From assembly GCF_006345805.1 (NCBI RefSeq), contig NW_021828548.1, forward strand, positions 1 to 7,840: a DNA stretch of 7,840 bases, given 5' to 3'. Made by a program: the position numbers and the translations under genes. The notes beneath the pieces were generated by a model. It did not search any database, had not been told where the DNA came from, and worked only from the letters and a program-made list of their open reading frames with translations. The stretch is from Octopus sinensis. Its lineage: Eukaryota. Shown here in pieces: positions 7,010 to 7,840 of this stretch. Numbering within the stretch: the stretch's first letter is position 1; every line of letters begins with the position of its first letter.

Positions 7010-7562
7010 TAGAGAACTCAACTATAAATGCGTACCTTGTGGAGGTACAGATTACATACCATATAAATAGGTAAATTAGTGAGGTACAGTTCACCTTGCT
7101 GTAAATAGTTATCCTGTTAAGGCATAGTCCACCTAGGTGTATATACGTACCACCTCGCTGTAAATGGGTACAACACTGATGTGTTGTCCATCTAATTGCA
7201 AAGGAGTACCCACGTGAAAGTACAGTCCCCCTAAATGCAAATTAGGTACCTCGTTGAAATACAGTTCACCTTGCTGTAAATAAATCAAGTTTGAGCTGTA
7301 TATAGGTACCACAGTCCACCTAACTGTAAAAGGTACCATGTTAAGAAAGAGTCTACCGGACTATATTTAACTATAGAGCGGCAAATTCCATCCATCTTTT
7401 ACTAAGCCAACCTAATACTATTGGTTTATAGGTAACATGTGAAGTTACACAGTCACAGGTGGCTATACGAAAGTACTATAGTCTATCTAGCTGTAATCAG
7501 GTACCATGTGAGACACAGTCTACCTAGATGTAAATAGGTACCATGTAGAAGTACATTCTATC
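7010..7562 (+). repeat. Degenerate ~37-39 bp minisatellite, consensus approximately GTGAGGTACAGTCCACCTAGCTGTAAATAGGTACCAT
   Basis: Equivalent positions at 7087, 7125, 7185, 7223, 7262, 7312, 7349, 7479, 7516 and 7554, with adjacent spacings of 37-39. Exact 23-mer tacagttcaccttgctgtaaata at 7085 and 7260. GGTACC at 7245, 7305, 7332, 7500 and 7537. Confidence 0.85.
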
Positions 7563-7737
7563 TTAAAGAAACATTAGAGTATTTAGTAGGTATTTAGTAG
7601 TGATCATTAACATCCCAGTTCAAACCCTTGCTGCTGTGTGTTTATCTTTCACTGAAGGTTTATTAAAAAAGCGCCAATCAGCTAATTGGGTCGACTGAAA
7701 AAAAAAAAATATATATACTACTCTACATTATTCTGTG

Positions 7738-7840
7738 GGAGCAGGAATGATGGTGTAGTAAACATATTCGCTTTGCAAGCATATGATTTCGAGTTCATTC
7801 CTACTGCGAAGTAAGAGTCTTTTACTAGTCTTTGGCCGAC
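7738..7840 (+). mobile_element. Diverged tRNA-derived SINE 5' portion, running off the window edge
   Basis: A-box-like tggtgtagtaa (7751-7761) and B-box-like agttcattcc (7792-7801) lie ~30 nt apart, followed by tactgcg...aagagtcttttacta...ggccgac. This aligns with my recollection of a second abundant octopus SINE (ggttcagtcccactgcg...aagtgtcttctactatagcctcgggccgac). Not verified by search. Confidence 0.55.

Noticed and set aside
7010-7562. CRISPR-like 37-38 bp repeat length
   Set aside because: Units are head-to-tail with no spacers and are highly degenerate.
2854-7697. Near-equal spacing (2419 and 2422 bp) of the three A-tract/acceptor sites, suggesting a 2.4 kb repeat
   Set aside because: The flanks are not homologous and there is no equivalent tract near position 434; treated as coincidence.
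7686-7697. ttgggtcgactg resembling the SINE ggggtcga motif
   Set aside because: Only ~8 nt match and the flanks do not extend the alignment.
7738-7810. Possible genuine tRNA gene
   Set aside because: The boxes are degenerate, I could not form a cloverleaf, there is no T-run terminator, and the downstream sequence continues as SINE-like body.

Overview
Eukaryotic, microsatellite-saturated non-coding DNA with no supportable protein-coding gene, RNA gene or prokaryotic feature. The long ORFs in the track are stop-free translations of CA/CT/AT/ATT repeats. Two tRNA-type SINE relics (6629-6784 and 7738-7840) resemble, from my recollection and not from a search, abundant octopus SINE families, so a cephalopod (probably Octopus) intronic or intergenic origin is inferred. 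The window holds four tandem arrays: 3 x ~161-167 bp (1491-1978), 9 x 14 bp (2143-2268), 8 x ~105-117 bp (3942-4848) and an old ~38 bp array (~7010-7562). It also holds a fossil pentanucleotide repeat and several short inverted repeats. The best leads are a candidate minus-strand 110-nt exon with strong splice sites (2853-2744), sub-type and higher-order structure in the ~110 bp array, and inverted CA/TG blocks that could form dsRNA. I found no convincing novel biological system.
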